A DNA stretch of 64,000 nucleotides from Dehalococcoidia bacterium (GTDB lineage: Bacteria; Chloroflexota; Dehalococcoidia; UBA6926), in assembly GCA_965204885.1 (NCBI GenBank), contig OZ242019.1, forward strand, positions 1,127,327-1,191,326, read 5' to 3'. Shown here piece by piece: positions 37,961-47,405 of the stretch. How positions within the stretch are numbered: position 1 is the stretch's first letter; each line of letters starts with the position of its first letter. The notes under the pieces are model-generated. The model searched no databases and was not told the DNA's origin. It saw nothing but the letters and a program-made list of their open reading frames with translations. A program made the position numbers and the translations under genes.

Positions 37961-38923
37961 TCATTCCGGCAGCGCGGCTGAATCCTCTTTGACCATCACC
38001 AGTCCATCCCTTTCCAGTGCGGCCAGCAGTCCCCGCAGCCACTCTGCATGTTGGACGGCGGTGTACTTATCTCTGACCTGAGGCCCGAGTTCATCCAACG
38101 GCATCGCGCCGTTCACATGGTTCCGCAGTGCCTCTACAATGCGGCCGCGGTAGTAGCGAGTCGTGCCGATCCAGCCTTGCTGTGATTGCCGAGGGCGTTC
38201 GGCAACCTTGAGCGACGGCAACGTATTGGAAAGCTCTGCGTATTTGATTCGCGGCTCGTTTGCGCCATCAAAGAGCGGCCGCGCCGCGCAGAGGTCGTTC
38301 ACGGGGCACTCGCCACACTTGGGACGACGAGCTAAGCAGACTGTTGCGCCCAGATCCATCAGGGCCTGGTGCCATGCCGATGCGCGCGCCCCATCGCGCG
38401 GAACGGCGGCCTCTGACAACGTCCAACCTGCGTCGGCGTCAACGTCACTCCGGCCTGTTATCAGTCGGCCCAGCACACGGCGGATGTTGGTGTCCATCAT
38501 GGGGACGGAGCGGTGAAAGGCGAAACACGCAATTGCCGCGGCGGTGTAGCGGCCTATGCCGGGGAGTTTTTGGAGGTCCGCGGTGTTCCGGGGGACGTTG
38601 CCGCCGTGTTCGTCAACGATGGTCCGCGCTGCGCGCTGCAGATTGATTGCGCGGCGGTTGTAGCCCATACCGCTCCATGCCCGGATAACGTCTGAGACAG
38701 GCGAATTCGCCAGTGCCTGAAGTGTCGGAAAGCGCTCAAGGAACGCCGAATACACCGGGAGCACACGTCCCACGCCTGTCTGCTGCAGCATGAACTCCGC
38801 CACCATGGCGTGGTAGGGATCGTTCGTCCTGCGCCACGGGAGATCGCGGCCATGCCTGCGATACCACGCCAGCAGGCGTCGGCGCAGTTTGGTCAGCGTG
38901 GGGTCAGTTGTAACCGAGGTCAT
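37961..38923 (-). CDS. mutY: A/G-specific adenine DNA glycosylase
   Basis: HhH-GPD motif, 4Fe-4S cysteine cluster (CxxxxxxCxxCPxxxxC), WYRRHGRDLPWR N-terminus; start at MTSVTT, 20-nt overlap with the upstream gene. Confidence 0.8.
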   Translation of the reverse strand: MTSVTTDPTLTKLRRRLLAWYRRHGRDLPWRRTNDPYHAMVAEFMLQQTGVGRVLPVYSAFLERFPTLQALANSPVSDVIRAWSGMGYNRRAINLQRAARTIVDEHGGNVPRNTADLQKLPGIGRYTAAAIACFAFHRSVPMMDTNIRRVLGRLITGRSDVDADAGWTLSEAAVPRDGARASAWHQALMDLGATVCLARRPKCGECPVNDLCAARPLFDGANEPRIKYAELSNTLPSLKVAERPRQSQQGWIGTTRYYRGRIVEALRNHVNGAMPLDELGPQVRDKYTAVQHAEWLRGLLAALERDGLVMVKEDSAALPE

Positions 38924-39272
38924 GCAGGTGGTCCTCTGAGAAACCGAGGTGGTGGGCAAGCTCGTGAAGCACCGTCTTGCGTATCTCCTCAACCGTCTCG
39001 GCGGGGGTGAGTCGCAGCGCCTCGAGCGGCTTCTGGAAGATGGTGATTTTGTCCGGCGCGACCATGTTGTAGCCCTCGCCGCGGTCCGGCAAGGCAATGC
39101 CCTCGTACAGCCCAAGCAGGCCGTATCGGTCACGAATGTCGTTCTCCTCCATCTGCTGCGGTGATGGCCAGTCCTGGATGATGATGGCGAGGTTATCCAA
39201 CGCCGCCTCGATCTCCGGGGGCAGTGAATCCAACGCCTGCCCAACCAACTCCTCGAACTGCTCAGTATCCAT
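38904..39272 (-). CDS. metallopeptidase family protein (HExxH)
   Basis: 122 aa with VLHELAHHLG zinc-binding motif. Confidence 0.55.
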   Translation of the reverse strand: MDTEQFEELVGQALDSLPPEIEAALDNLAIIIQDWPSPQQMEENDIRDRYGLLGLYEGIALPDRGEGYNMVAPDKITIFQKPLEALRLTPAETVEEIRKTVLHELAHHLGFSEDHLHDLGYN

Positions 39273-39397
39273 GACTAGACGGTACCATCAACCCCTGCGC
39301 CTCATCCCCAAAAGTGCTATCGTGTACTGGCTGGTATCGACACAAGCGTATAGGTTCTTCCCGCCGCAAGAGGGAAACCGACTGAAGGAGTGGGGCG

Positions 39398-39829
39398 ATG
39401 ACAGAGGGGCAGACGATACCCAAGCCGGTTCCGACGCCGGATCAGGTCACAGAGCCATTCTGGGAGGCCACCAAAGAGGGCAGGCTGATGATTCAGCGGT
39501 GCCGAACCTGTGGCAACCGCTTCTTCTATCCCCGTGAGCGCGATCCGAATTGCCTCTCCGATGACCTGGAGTGGATCACCACCAGCGGCAAAGGGCGCAT
39601 CTACAGCTTCATCGTGGTGCGCCAGCCCGGCCATCCCGGCTTCAACGACGACGTGCCGTACATCTATGCCGTCATCACGCTGGATGAGGATGTCCGCATG
39701 AACGGGAACGTCAAGGGCATCGACATTGAAGCCTGCGAGATCGATATGCCGGTGGAGGTCTACTTCGAGGAGCGCGGCGACCAGATGCTGCCGCAGTGGA
39801 AGCCTCTCGGGGCTGCGGATCCGTCCTAA
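39398..39829 (+). CDS. Zn-ribbon OB-fold protein (DUF35 family)
   Basis: CRTCGNRFFYPRERDPNC rubredoxin-like ribbon followed by OB-fold-type C-terminus. Confidence 0.6.
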   Translation: MTEGQTIPKPVPTPDQVTEPFWEATKEGRLMIQRCRTCGNRFFYPRERDPNCLSDDLEWITTSGKGRIYSFIVVRQPGHPGFNDDVPYIYAVITLDEDVRMNGNVKGIDIEACEIDMPVEVYFEERGDQMLPQWKPLGAADPS

Positions 39830-40368
39830 TACGCCAAGCTGGTTAGCGGCAGTATCTCTACCGTTGCCTGGGCGCCTTCGATGGTAAGGATGCCGACGTG
39901 GCCTGGTTCGCGGATGTTGCGCGGCAGGGCGGGGCTGCCGGGATTGACGATCAGTACCCCTGACTCCGTGCGCTCCACGTGAGCGACGTGGGTGTCGCCG
40001 CAGACGATCACGTCCACCGACCCGCCGAAGTTACGCTCCATCAGCGTCTCCGTCGTGGTCCAGGGCGTCTCTGCCGGCAGCGGAAACCCGTGAATCAGGC
40101 CAATGGTGACGCCTTCGGCCTCGATGACGTGGGCGTGCTTGACGCGGGGATCATCATCGGGAAATGGCGGTCGGAATCCATCGCCGTCGCCGTTCCCCCG
40201 CGCCCCAATCACGGGGGCAATGACCTCCAGCCAATCCAGCACGTCGATGATGTGCATATCACCGCCATGCATGACCATGTCGACGTTGGCAAGCAGATCG
40301 AACACCTCGCGCGGCAGCCGCTCTCCGGCCTCCGGCACGTGCGTATCTGAGATTAGCCCGATGCGCAT
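39826..40368 (-). CDS. metallophosphoesterase, YfcE/MJ0936 family
   Basis: MRIGLISDTHVPE...GDMHII...GNGD...GHTH-like motifs. Confidence 0.75.
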   Translation of the reverse strand: MRIGLISDTHVPEAGERLPREVFDLLANVDMVMHGGDMHIIDVLDWLEVIAPVIGARGNGDGDGFRPPFPDDDPRVKHAHVIEAEGVTIGLIHGFPLPAETPWTTTETLMERNFGGSVDVIVCGDTHVAHVERTESGVLIVNPGSPALPRNIREPGHVGILTIEGAQATVEILPLTSLAY

Positions 40369-40391
40369 CTATCTTCGTTCGGTGAATGCGC

Positions 40392-41120
40392 CTACGGCAG
40401 GATGATGCCGCCGGGGGAGACGCCGGGTGTTTGGGAGTCTTGTGGCGGGAGGACGCGGGCGACCCACTGTGAGAGATCACGCAGCTCGGTTGGGGTGATT
40501 TCATGTCCCGCGCCATCGTATTCGTTGTAGATAAGGTCGCCGTAGCCCCACTCTTGCAGCTGTGTGTTGGCGGAGCGTCCGCGGTCAATCGGCACGACAG
40601 GGTCCTGGTTGCCGTGGCCGACAAAGATAGGTTGAGTTCGCTCATCAGGCAGCTGTGCGGCAAGCTCCTCCATGTCGTGGATGGACGCGCTGAGCGCGCC
40701 GATGCCGGCGAATACGTTGGGCCGCGGCAACGCATAGCGATAGGCCAGTCCGCCGCCCTGTGAGAAGCCGATGATCAGGATCTTGCCCGGCTCGAGCTTG
40801 TACGGCTCGCGCATCTCCTCCATGAAGGCGTCAAAGGCTGCCTCCGTGCTCTTTGCCTCCTCCGGGTCATTGAAGCCGCCCGGCGTCGTCCAACCGAATC
40901 CGATCTGGCCGCCGCCGATGTCCAGCGGAACCGTGCCGTTCGGGCAGAGATACAGATAGCCGGTCTGATGGATTGCCGGCGCAAGGCCCGCAAGGTCATA
41001 CATGCTCGCGCCGAACCCATGCACAAGGATGATGACGGGGTAGGCGCGGGATTCGTCATAATCCGTCGGTGTGATGCTCACATAGTCGAGGGCGCTGCCC
41101 TTGTTTGCCATCCCTTCCAT
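40392..41120 (-). CDS. alpha/beta hydrolase (phospholipase/carboxylesterase family)
   Basis: GFSQGG nucleophile elbow; VGHGNQDPVVP; 242 aa. Confidence 0.7.
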   Translation of the reverse strand: MEGMANKGSALDYVSITPTDYDESRAYPVIILVHGFGASMYDLAGLAPAIHQTGYLYLCPNGTVPLDIGGGQIGFGWTTPGGFNDPEEAKSTEAAFDAFMEEMREPYKLEPGKILIIGFSQGGGLAYRYALPRPNVFAGIGALSASIHDMEELAAQLPDERTQPIFVGHGNQDPVVPIDRGRSANTQLQEWGYGDLIYNEYDGAGHEITPTELRDLSQWVARVLPPQDSQTPGVSPGGIILP

Positions 41121-41137
41121 CGGGCCGCCCCTTTTCC

Positions 41138-42133
41138 TCAGTTGCCGCGCTGCGCCGCCCGCCGCGTGCGAGAGTTCAGCTCCCGAGCCAGCAGCAGCGC
41201 TCCGCGCAAGCCGTTGTCGTCCCCCAGCTCAGTCACTTCAAATCGGACGGTGCGGTTCTGGAGTTTGAACGCGCGCTCCCTCGCGATACTGATTCCGTGC
41301 TCCACGTATTCATCCTGCCCGCGCGCCAGCCCGCCGCCCAACACGATCAGCTCCGGGTTGAAGATGTTGACGATGTTGGCAAGGCCGACGCCGAGCGCGT
41401 AGCCTGCCTCATCGACCACCGCCCTGGCGAGGGCGTCGTCCTGCTCCGCCGCGTCGAAAACGTCGCGCGCCGTGATGCTCTCGCTGCCACGCTGTGATGT
41501 CTTCTCAATGAGAATCGAATCTCCGCCGGCTTCGATACGCATACGGGCCATGCGAGCGATGGCTGTTCCGGAGGCCATCGTCTCAAAGCAGCCGGACATC
41601 CCGCACGGGCATTGGATGCCGGTATTCATGCCGATGGTCATGTGTCCAAACTCGCCCGCCGCCCCGGCGATACCCCGCAGCAGTTTGCCGCCGGAGACGA
41701 TGCCGCCGCCGATGCCCGTGCTGATGGTCAGGTAGATCATCTCCTTCGTGCCGCGCCCCGCGCCCATCTGGTGGACGGCGTGCGCGGCGGCGGTGGCGTC
41801 ATTCTCGATCTCGATGGGGATGTCCAGATGCTCCTTGAGCGCGTCTGCCATCGCAAACTCGCGCACCATGGGCAGATTCGGCGATTCCACGATGACGCCG
41901 GTTGCCGTGTCTACGGTGCCGGCGCAGGCGACGACCCCGGCGACGATCTCGCCATTCGTCTTGGAGATAAGGTTATGGGCAGTCTCGACGATGCCGTCGA
42001 TGAGCAGCTTGGGATCAGAGCGGGCGGGGGATGAGAATGCGGTGCGCCGCATTGCGCCGCGCGGCCTGCGAGCGATGGCGACCCGTGTCTGCGTGCCTCC
42101 AACGTCAACGCCAAGCAGGTACGGATTGGCCAT
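41138..42133 (-). CDS. ROK family protein (glucokinase-like)
   Basis: LGVDVGGT N-terminus, CxCGxxGCxE zinc motif (CPCGMSGCFE). Confidence 0.8.
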   Translation of the reverse strand: MANPYLLGVDVGGTQTRVAIARRPRGAMRRTAFSSPARSDPKLLIDGIVETAHNLISKTNGEIVAGVVACAGTVDTATGVIVESPNLPMVREFAMADALKEHLDIPIEIENDATAAAHAVHQMGAGRGTKEMIYLTISTGIGGGIVSGGKLLRGIAGAAGEFGHMTIGMNTGIQCPCGMSGCFETMASGTAIARMARMRIEAGGDSILIEKTSQRGSESITARDVFDAAEQDDALARAVVDEAGYALGVGLANIVNIFNPELIVLGGGLARGQDEYVEHGISIARERAFKLQNRTVRFEVTELGDDNGLRGALLLARELNSRTRRAAQRGN

Positions 42134-42225
42134 GATTATGCGCGTTCTCGCTGCCTTATGCTGACGGCGGGGCCGTTATGCCTTGCCGGTGTCCTTGCTC
42201 GTGCGGTTCGACTCAAAAAAGAAAC

Positions 42226-42304
42226 TGGCGACCCGGACGGGATTTGAACCCGTGATCTCTGCCGTGACAGGGCAGTATGTTAAGCCAGACTACACCACCG
42301 GGCC
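42226..42304 (-). tRNA. tRNA-Asp (GTC)
   Basis: Reverse complement: GGCCCGG acceptor, anticodon stem CTGCC/GGCAG with loop CTGTCAC, GGTTCAAATCC T-arm, CCA encoded. Confidence 0.8.
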
Positions 42305-42317
42305 GCGCTTGCTCATG

Positions 42318-43865
42318 CTACGAACGCGCCAATTCCGTGTCAAGGAGAGCGGACGCTGCCGCGCGCGTCCTTGACGTCGAGCGCTCCCGCCCGATTGCCT
42401 CGAGCGTGACGAAGAGGGGTGGGGCCGCCGTCCGCCCCGTCGTTGCGACACGGATCGCCCCGAACAGCTTGCGGCCGGACGTGCCAAGCTCCTCTACGAG
42501 CGCCCGGAATCGTGTTTCGATTGACTCATGATTCCACGGCTCGATCTTCTCAATGGCATTGGCGGCGGCGTTCAGCCATTCATGGACAACGTTCGCGTCC
42601 TCCGGCAACGGCACGCGCCAGAGGTCGTCGCCCGCGTCCGCCATCCGCTTCATCGCCTTGTCCCCCATGCCGGCCCAGATGAGCGCAGGCGGGAACGGGA
42701 CCTCATCCGTGAAGAAGAATTCGCATAGTTCCGGCATTTCACTCAGCACCCGGGCCCGGTCCTGCGTGAGCATGGCTGCCTGCCGCGCGAGTTGATCATC
42801 GAGCGGCCGCGGGATCTCGGGTGGCAGACCGTTATCCAAGTACGGGCGCGCCGCCTCCACGAACGCCTCCGGCCCCATCTCGCGGATATACACGCCGTTC
42901 AGCCATTCCAGCTTCTCGCGGTCGAACATCGCGGGCGATGCTGAGACACGGTCAAGCGAGAAACCCGCAATTAGCTCTTCTCGTGTCATCTGCGTGGTCT
43001 TGTCGTCGAGCGACCACCCAAGCAACGCCAGGAAATTCAACATCGCTTCGGGCAAAAACCCCTCATCGCGGTAGTCGAGCAGCGAGACGGAGCCGTGCCG
43101 CTTTGACAGCTTTGTCCGGTCTGAGCCGAGGATCAATGGCAGGTGCGCAAATGCGGGCGGCGTGTAGCCGAACGCTTCATAGATCATGGCGTGGCGCGGC
43201 GCAGATGACATCCACTCATCGCCACGGATTACATGCGTGATGGCCATGGCGACGTCATCAACCACGTTGGCGAGATGATACGTCGGGAAGCCGTCCGACT
43301 TGAGGATGACGAAATCGTCGATCAGCCGGTTCTCCCATGAAACGTCGCCGCGTATGACATCGTTGAACGTTGTGCGTCCGCTGAGCGGCGTCTTGAAGCG
43401 GACGACGCGGTGTTCACCGTTCTCGGCCTCTTCCCGCTCGCGCTCCTCCGCGCTCAGGTTGCGGCAGCGGCGGTCATAGCCTGTTGGCACGTTGCGCTTC
43501 TGCTGGGCGGCGCGGATGGCGTCCAGTCTTTCAGAGGTACAGTAGCAGTAGTAGGCGGCGTCCAATTCGACGAGTTTCTCCGCCGCCTCGCCGTAGCCCT
43601 CAAGGCGCTGGGACTGCACGTATGGCCCGTAGGGGCCACCGATGTCCGGCCCTTCATCCCATTCAATGCCGAGCCATCGGAGGGAATCGAGGATGCGTTC
43701 CTCGCTGCCCGGGATGCGCCGCTCCTGGTCGGTGTCCTCAATCCGTACCGCAAAAACGCCGCCCGTACTGCGCGCAAAGAGCCAGGCGAACAGCGCGCTC
43801 CGGATGTTGCCCACGTGCGGATCCCCCGTCGGGCTTGGCGCGTAGCGTGTTCGCGTCTCTGACAT
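42318..43865 (-). CDS. gltX: glutamate--tRNA ligase
   Basis: RYAPSPTGDPHVGNIRSALF (HIGH region), KLSKR motif. Confidence 0.9.
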   Translation of the reverse strand: MSETRTRYAPSPTGDPHVGNIRSALFAWLFARSTGGVFAVRIEDTDQERRIPGSEERILDSLRWLGIEWDEGPDIGGPYGPYVQSQRLEGYGEAAEKLVELDAAYYCYCTSERLDAIRAAQQKRNVPTGYDRRCRNLSAEEREREEAENGEHRVVRFKTPLSGRTTFNDVIRGDVSWENRLIDDFVILKSDGFPTYHLANVVDDVAMAITHVIRGDEWMSSAPRHAMIYEAFGYTPPAFAHLPLILGSDRTKLSKRHGSVSLLDYRDEGFLPEAMLNFLALLGWSLDDKTTQMTREELIAGFSLDRVSASPAMFDREKLEWLNGVYIREMGPEAFVEAARPYLDNGLPPEIPRPLDDQLARQAAMLTQDRARVLSEMPELCEFFFTDEVPFPPALIWAGMGDKAMKRMADAGDDLWRVPLPEDANVVHEWLNAAANAIEKIEPWNHESIETRFRALVEELGTSGRKLFGAIRVATTGRTAAPPLFVTLEAIGRERSTSRTRAAASALLDTELARS

Positions 43866-43877
43866 CGCAATCTCATT

Positions 43878-44831
43878 CTAACCCAGCGAATCGACGAGCC
43901 GCGCGTCCGGCGTTCCCGCCGTCAGCTCTGCTAGGCATTCCGAAAGGTCAGCTGCAAGGGGTGATCGAACCTCAACCGTTTCCCCGCTTGCAGGGTGCTT
44001 GAAAGTCAGCGAAAGCGCGTGCAGGAAGAGGCGCGGCACCGGATCGCGACTGCCGCGCGCGTAGATGACATCTCCGGCGACCGGATGTCTTAGCGACGCG
44101 AAATGAACGCGAATCTGGTGCAGCCGCCCAGTTTGCGGCCTCGCCTCCACCAGCGTATAGCCGCCTTTCAGGTGCGCCAGAACGCGGTACCGGGTTGTGG
44201 CAGGGCGGCCCGATACAACGACGGCCATTCGTTGTCGATGCCTCGGATCACGTCCCAGCGATGCCTCGATTACGCCGGTTGGCGGTTCCAGCAGCCCTCG
44301 CAGCAAGGCGACGTACACTTTCTCAACGCTGCGTGACTGGAACTGCCGCGAAAGCGCCGTGTGCGCCGCGTCGTTCTTCGCGATCAACATCACGCCGGAC
44401 GTGTCCTTGTCCAGCCGATGAACGATCCCCGGCCTGTCATCGCCCCCAATCGTTGAGAGCGGCCCCTGGCGACCCAACAGCGCGTTCACAATCGTTCCCG
44501 TCGGGTGGCCGGGTCCGGGATGGACAGCGACGCCGGGCGGCTTGTCGATTGCGAGAATCCCGTCATCCTCGTAGAGCACGGGCAGAGGGGAATGTTCGGC
44601 GGAGAGCCCTACTGCTTCCCCGGGTTCTATCGCGCCGGTAATCGTGATTTCGTCGCCGGGCTCGATGGCATGCCCACGCTTGCGCGGCACTTCCCCGTTG
44701 ACGCTGACCCGTTCATCCTGGATGAGCCGCCCGATCGCCGACCGTGAGATGTCGGCAGAGAGCGCGGCGGCCAGGTATCGATCAAGCCGCCTCTCAGATG
44801 TCTCAGGCGGGACGGTCAGACGAGTCTCCAT
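43878..44831 (-). CDS. rluD: RluA-family pseudouridine synthase (RluD-like)
   Basis: S4 domain and HRLDKDTSG catalytic motif; start at METRL; the ORF-track N-terminal extension is translation of a dispersed repeat. Confidence 0.8.
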   Translation of the reverse strand: METRLTVPPETSERRLDRYLAAALSADISRSAIGRLIQDERVSVNGEVPRKRGHAIEPGDEITITGAIEPGEAVGLSAEHSPLPVLYEDDGILAIDKPPGVAVHPGPGHPTGTIVNALLGRQGPLSTIGGDDRPGIVHRLDKDTSGVMLIAKNDAAHTALSRQFQSRSVEKVYVALLRGLLEPPTGVIEASLGRDPRHRQRMAVVVSGRPATTRYRVLAHLKGGYTLVEARPQTGRLHQIRVHFASLRHPVAGDVIYARGSRDPVPRLFLHALSLTFKHPASGETVEVRSPLAADLSECLAELTAGTPDARLVDSLG

Positions 44832-45420
44832 CCTCAGCCTTCTGTTCTTCCACCAGAGATTCGTCATTCCCGCGAAAGCGGGAATCCGGCATCCCCTCCG
44901 CCTCCTGCCTCTTCTCCGTTGCGCGATTCCGCAGCACATAGAAAGCCAGCGCGAACAGCCCGATTGTGAGCGCGGAATCCGCCACGTTGAACGTCGGGAA
45001 ATAGTAGTCGCTCCATACCTGCACGCTGATAAAGTCCACGACCGCGCCCCGGAAAAGGCGATCTGTCAGGTTGCCCAGCGCGCCACCCAACAGGAGGGCG
45101 AGGGAGTAACGCAGCAGGGCGCTCTCCCGCCCGTTCGCCCGGTAATAGAACAGCACGCCCAATACCCCGATGATGCTGACCAGGATCAGGAACTCTGTAT
45201 GGCCGCGCAACAGGCCGAACGCGCTCCCGGTGTTCGTTACATGGGTCAGCCGGAGCAGGCCGCTCTCGGGGATTGATTCATACAGGCGCAGATTGCTGAC
45301 GATCAGCAGCTTGGCTGCCTGGTCGGCAATGTAGATGATCAGCGTGACCGCGGCGAACGGCAGGAATTGGCCGCCGAATCCCCTCGACGCGGTTGGACGC
45401 GAGCCGCCGTCCTCTACCAC
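44803..45420 (-). CDS. lspA: lipoprotein signal peptidase (signal peptidase II)
   Basis: Four TM helices, conserved NxGAAF-like (NTGSAFG) and FNVAD motifs. Confidence 0.75.
   Translation of the reverse strand: MVEDGGSRPTASRGFGGQFLPFAAVTLIIYIADQAAKLLIVSNLRLYESIPESGLLRLTHVTNTGSAFGLLRGHTEFLILVSIIGVLGVLFYYRANGRESALLRYSLALLLGGALGNLTDRLFRGAVVDFISVQVWSDYYFPTFNVADSALTIGLFALAFYVLRNRATEKRQEAEGMPDSRFRGNDESLVEEQKAEDGDSSDRPA
44862..44890. repeat. dispersed repeat copy (hairpin cgtcattcccgcgaaagcgggaatccgg) inside the lspA 3' end / rluD 5' region
   Basis: Same palindrome as at 5193-5215; translated as ...FRGNDE... in the lspA tail. Confidence 0.55.
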
Positions 45421-46349
45421 CAGATCTTGCGCCCCATCTCGGCGTCGATCTCATCAAGCGGGCGCGTCCACAGGCCGGTGGACAGGTATTTCCAGCCGCC
45501 GTCCGCGAACAGGCAGACGATGTTGCCGTTGTCCATCCGCTCCGCCAGCCGCTGCGCGCATGCCAGCACCGCGCCGGATGAGATGCCCGCGAAGATGCTT
45601 TCCGTCTGCAACAGTTCCCGCGTCTTCTCGAACGATTCTCGTGAGGTAATGATGAACTGCCCGTCCAGCACGGTGGTGTCCAGGATTGGCGGGATAAAGC
45701 CGTCCTCCAGCGACCTCAGTCCCTGGATGCGCTCCTCCGGGTGCGGTACGACGGCGATGATTCGCGCGTCCGGGTTGTGCTCCTTGAGTCGCCGTCCAAC
45801 GCCCGTCAGCGTTCCGCCCGTGCCGAGACCGGCGACGAACGTATCCACTTCAGGCAGTTGTTGGATGATTTCCTCGCCTGTGCCGTCGTAGTGTGCGCGG
45901 GGATTCGCCTCGTTGCCGTACTGGTACAGCATCACGTACTTGTCAGGCTCTTTCTCGGCCATCTGCTGCGCGACCTCGATGGCCCCGTTGGTGCCGTGAC
46001 GGCCCTCGCTGAACACGACGTTCGCGCCGAAGGACTCAATCAGCGCCTGCCGTTCATCGGTTACGTTGTCCGGCAAGACGACGGTGACGTGATAGCCCTT
46101 GTAGCGCGCGACCATGGCGAGAGAGACGCCGGTGTTGCCGCTGGAGGGCTCGAGGATAATGCGGCCGTCGCCAAGCGTTCCGTCCGCCTCCGCGTTCTCC
46201 ACCATCAGCAGGGCGATGCGGTCCTTAACGCTGCCCGTCGGGTTCTGGCCTTCCAGCTTGGCAAAAAGGCGGACGCCCGGCTTGGGTTGAAGCCGTTTCA
46301 GTTCAACGAGGGGCGTATTGCCGATTGTGTCCAGTATGCTGCCGGTCAT
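45414..46349 (-). CDS. cysteine synthase (CysK/CysM family, PLP-dependent)
   Basis: GNTPLVEL...PTGSVKDR (PLP lysine) ...SSGNTG. Confidence 0.85.
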   Translation of the reverse strand: MTGSILDTIGNTPLVELKRLQPKPGVRLFAKLEGQNPTGSVKDRIALLMVENAEADGTLGDGRIILEPSSGNTGVSLAMVARYKGYHVTVVLPDNVTDERQALIESFGANVVFSEGRHGTNGAIEVAQQMAEKEPDKYVMLYQYGNEANPRAHYDGTGEEIIQQLPEVDTFVAGLGTGGTLTGVGRRLKEHNPDARIIAVVPHPEERIQGLRSLEDGFIPPILDTTVLDGQFIITSRESFEKTRELLQTESIFAGISSGAVLACAQRLAERMDNGNIVCLFADGGWKYLSTGLWTRPLDEIDAEMGRKIWW

Positions 46350-46402
46350 GTGCCTAGTTTATCGTGTTGCGGACAGCAGGCGGGCGGGAATGGCAGCGAG
46401 GG

Positions 46403-47233
46403 TCAGATCGCGATTTCTCGCAGATGTTCCTTGAGGTTCCTGGTCATGCTGCGCAGGGAGACTGCCGTAATGGATGCCGAAATGCCACCACCGGCAAGGG
46501 GAACCAGCTTGCTGATCCCTTTCGCGAACGAAGTCTTCGTCAGCCGCACGCCGATTGTGCGGAAGAGCGCGTACCTGAGAGGAATATAGAGCGGCGCAGC
46601 AGTCAGCCGGATCCTGGCGATGCGGTACGCGGCGTTTGACTTTGACGCCTCTGCAATCTCTTTCAAGCTGTCAGTCGCCTGGCGCACTCCGAAGACCGCG
46701 CCGACCAGCAGCCATATCCTGATCTCCGTTTCCTCATTCAGCTGCAGATCGCCGTCCTCGAACAGGTCGTCCCATCCGTACAGGTACATCAACTTCTGCG
46801 CGCATACCACCGCGTGCCAATTGAGTTGGGCAAGGTCCACCGGAAGCGTCGCCGCCATCAGCCATCCTCCCGGCAGCCCCGCCGCGAAGGAAACGCTGGA
46901 TGCCTTGACGATGTGCGACATGATGATGGCGTCGGCCATCCTGTCGAGCGTTTCCATGGGCACGCCGGCCGCCAGCGGCGTTGTCGCGATTGCCCGCCCG
47001 ACCTCGATGCTGTTCTGGGCGTAATGGCGATCCAGTTGTTTCCCCAAGAATGTTCTGCGGTCCACCTTCAATCCCGGGATAGCGGTCATCGCAGGCAGCA
47101 GACGCCGCAGAATGGGATGCGGGTCTCCGGCCCCGCCCTCGCCATTCCACTCACTGTCGTCGGCGCCGTCTTCCTCACGCGCCCGTGTTGGTGTATCGGT
47201 CACTCTTCTTCCCTCCGCGCTGTTCTCACTCAT
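46403..47233 (-). CDS. hypothetical protein (possibly EcsC-like)
   Basis: 276 aa, coding-like; no confident motif. Confidence 0.4.
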   Translation of the reverse strand: MSENSAEGRRVTDTPTRAREEDGADDSEWNGEGGAGDPHPILRRLLPAMTAIPGLKVDRRTFLGKQLDRHYAQNSIEVGRAIATTPLAAGVPMETLDRMADAIIMSHIVKASSVSFAAGLPGGWLMAATLPVDLAQLNWHAVVCAQKLMYLYGWDDLFEDGDLQLNEETEIRIWLLVGAVFGVRQATDSLKEIAEASKSNAAYRIARIRLTAAPLYIPLRYALFRTIGVRLTKTSFAKGISKLVPLAGGGISASITAVSLRSMTRNLKEHLREIAI

Positions 47234-47271
47234 TTAGTTTAACGTGCGAGTCACGCGCCTATTGGACAACA

Positions 47272-47400
47272 GAGCAGAACACGTCATTCCCGCTCGGCCT
47301 GCTTATCACCGCTTTAGATTCCTCGACTGCGCTCGGAATGACAGTGAGTATTCTACCCTTCGACAGGCTCAGGGTGAGCGGGTGTGGGCGCGAGCCGAGA
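47272..47400. repeat. dispersed repeat copy (gtcattcccgctcgg...cgctcggaatgac + cccttcgacaggctcagggtgagcgg)
   Basis: Shares both modules with 5140-5215 and the ctttagattc core with 37839-37943. Confidence 0.55.
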
Positions 47401-47405
47401 AAAGC

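Noticed and set aside
38904-38923. 20-nt overlap between the metallopeptidase-like gene stop and the mutY start, considered as a mis-called start
   Set aside because: No alternative in-frame start codon exists downstream before the conserved WYRRHG region, so the overlap is accepted.
44832-44939. 36-aa N-terminal extension of rluD (...IPAFAGMTNLWW...)
   Set aside because: This is translation of the dispersed palindromic repeat; the genuine start is METRL at 44831.
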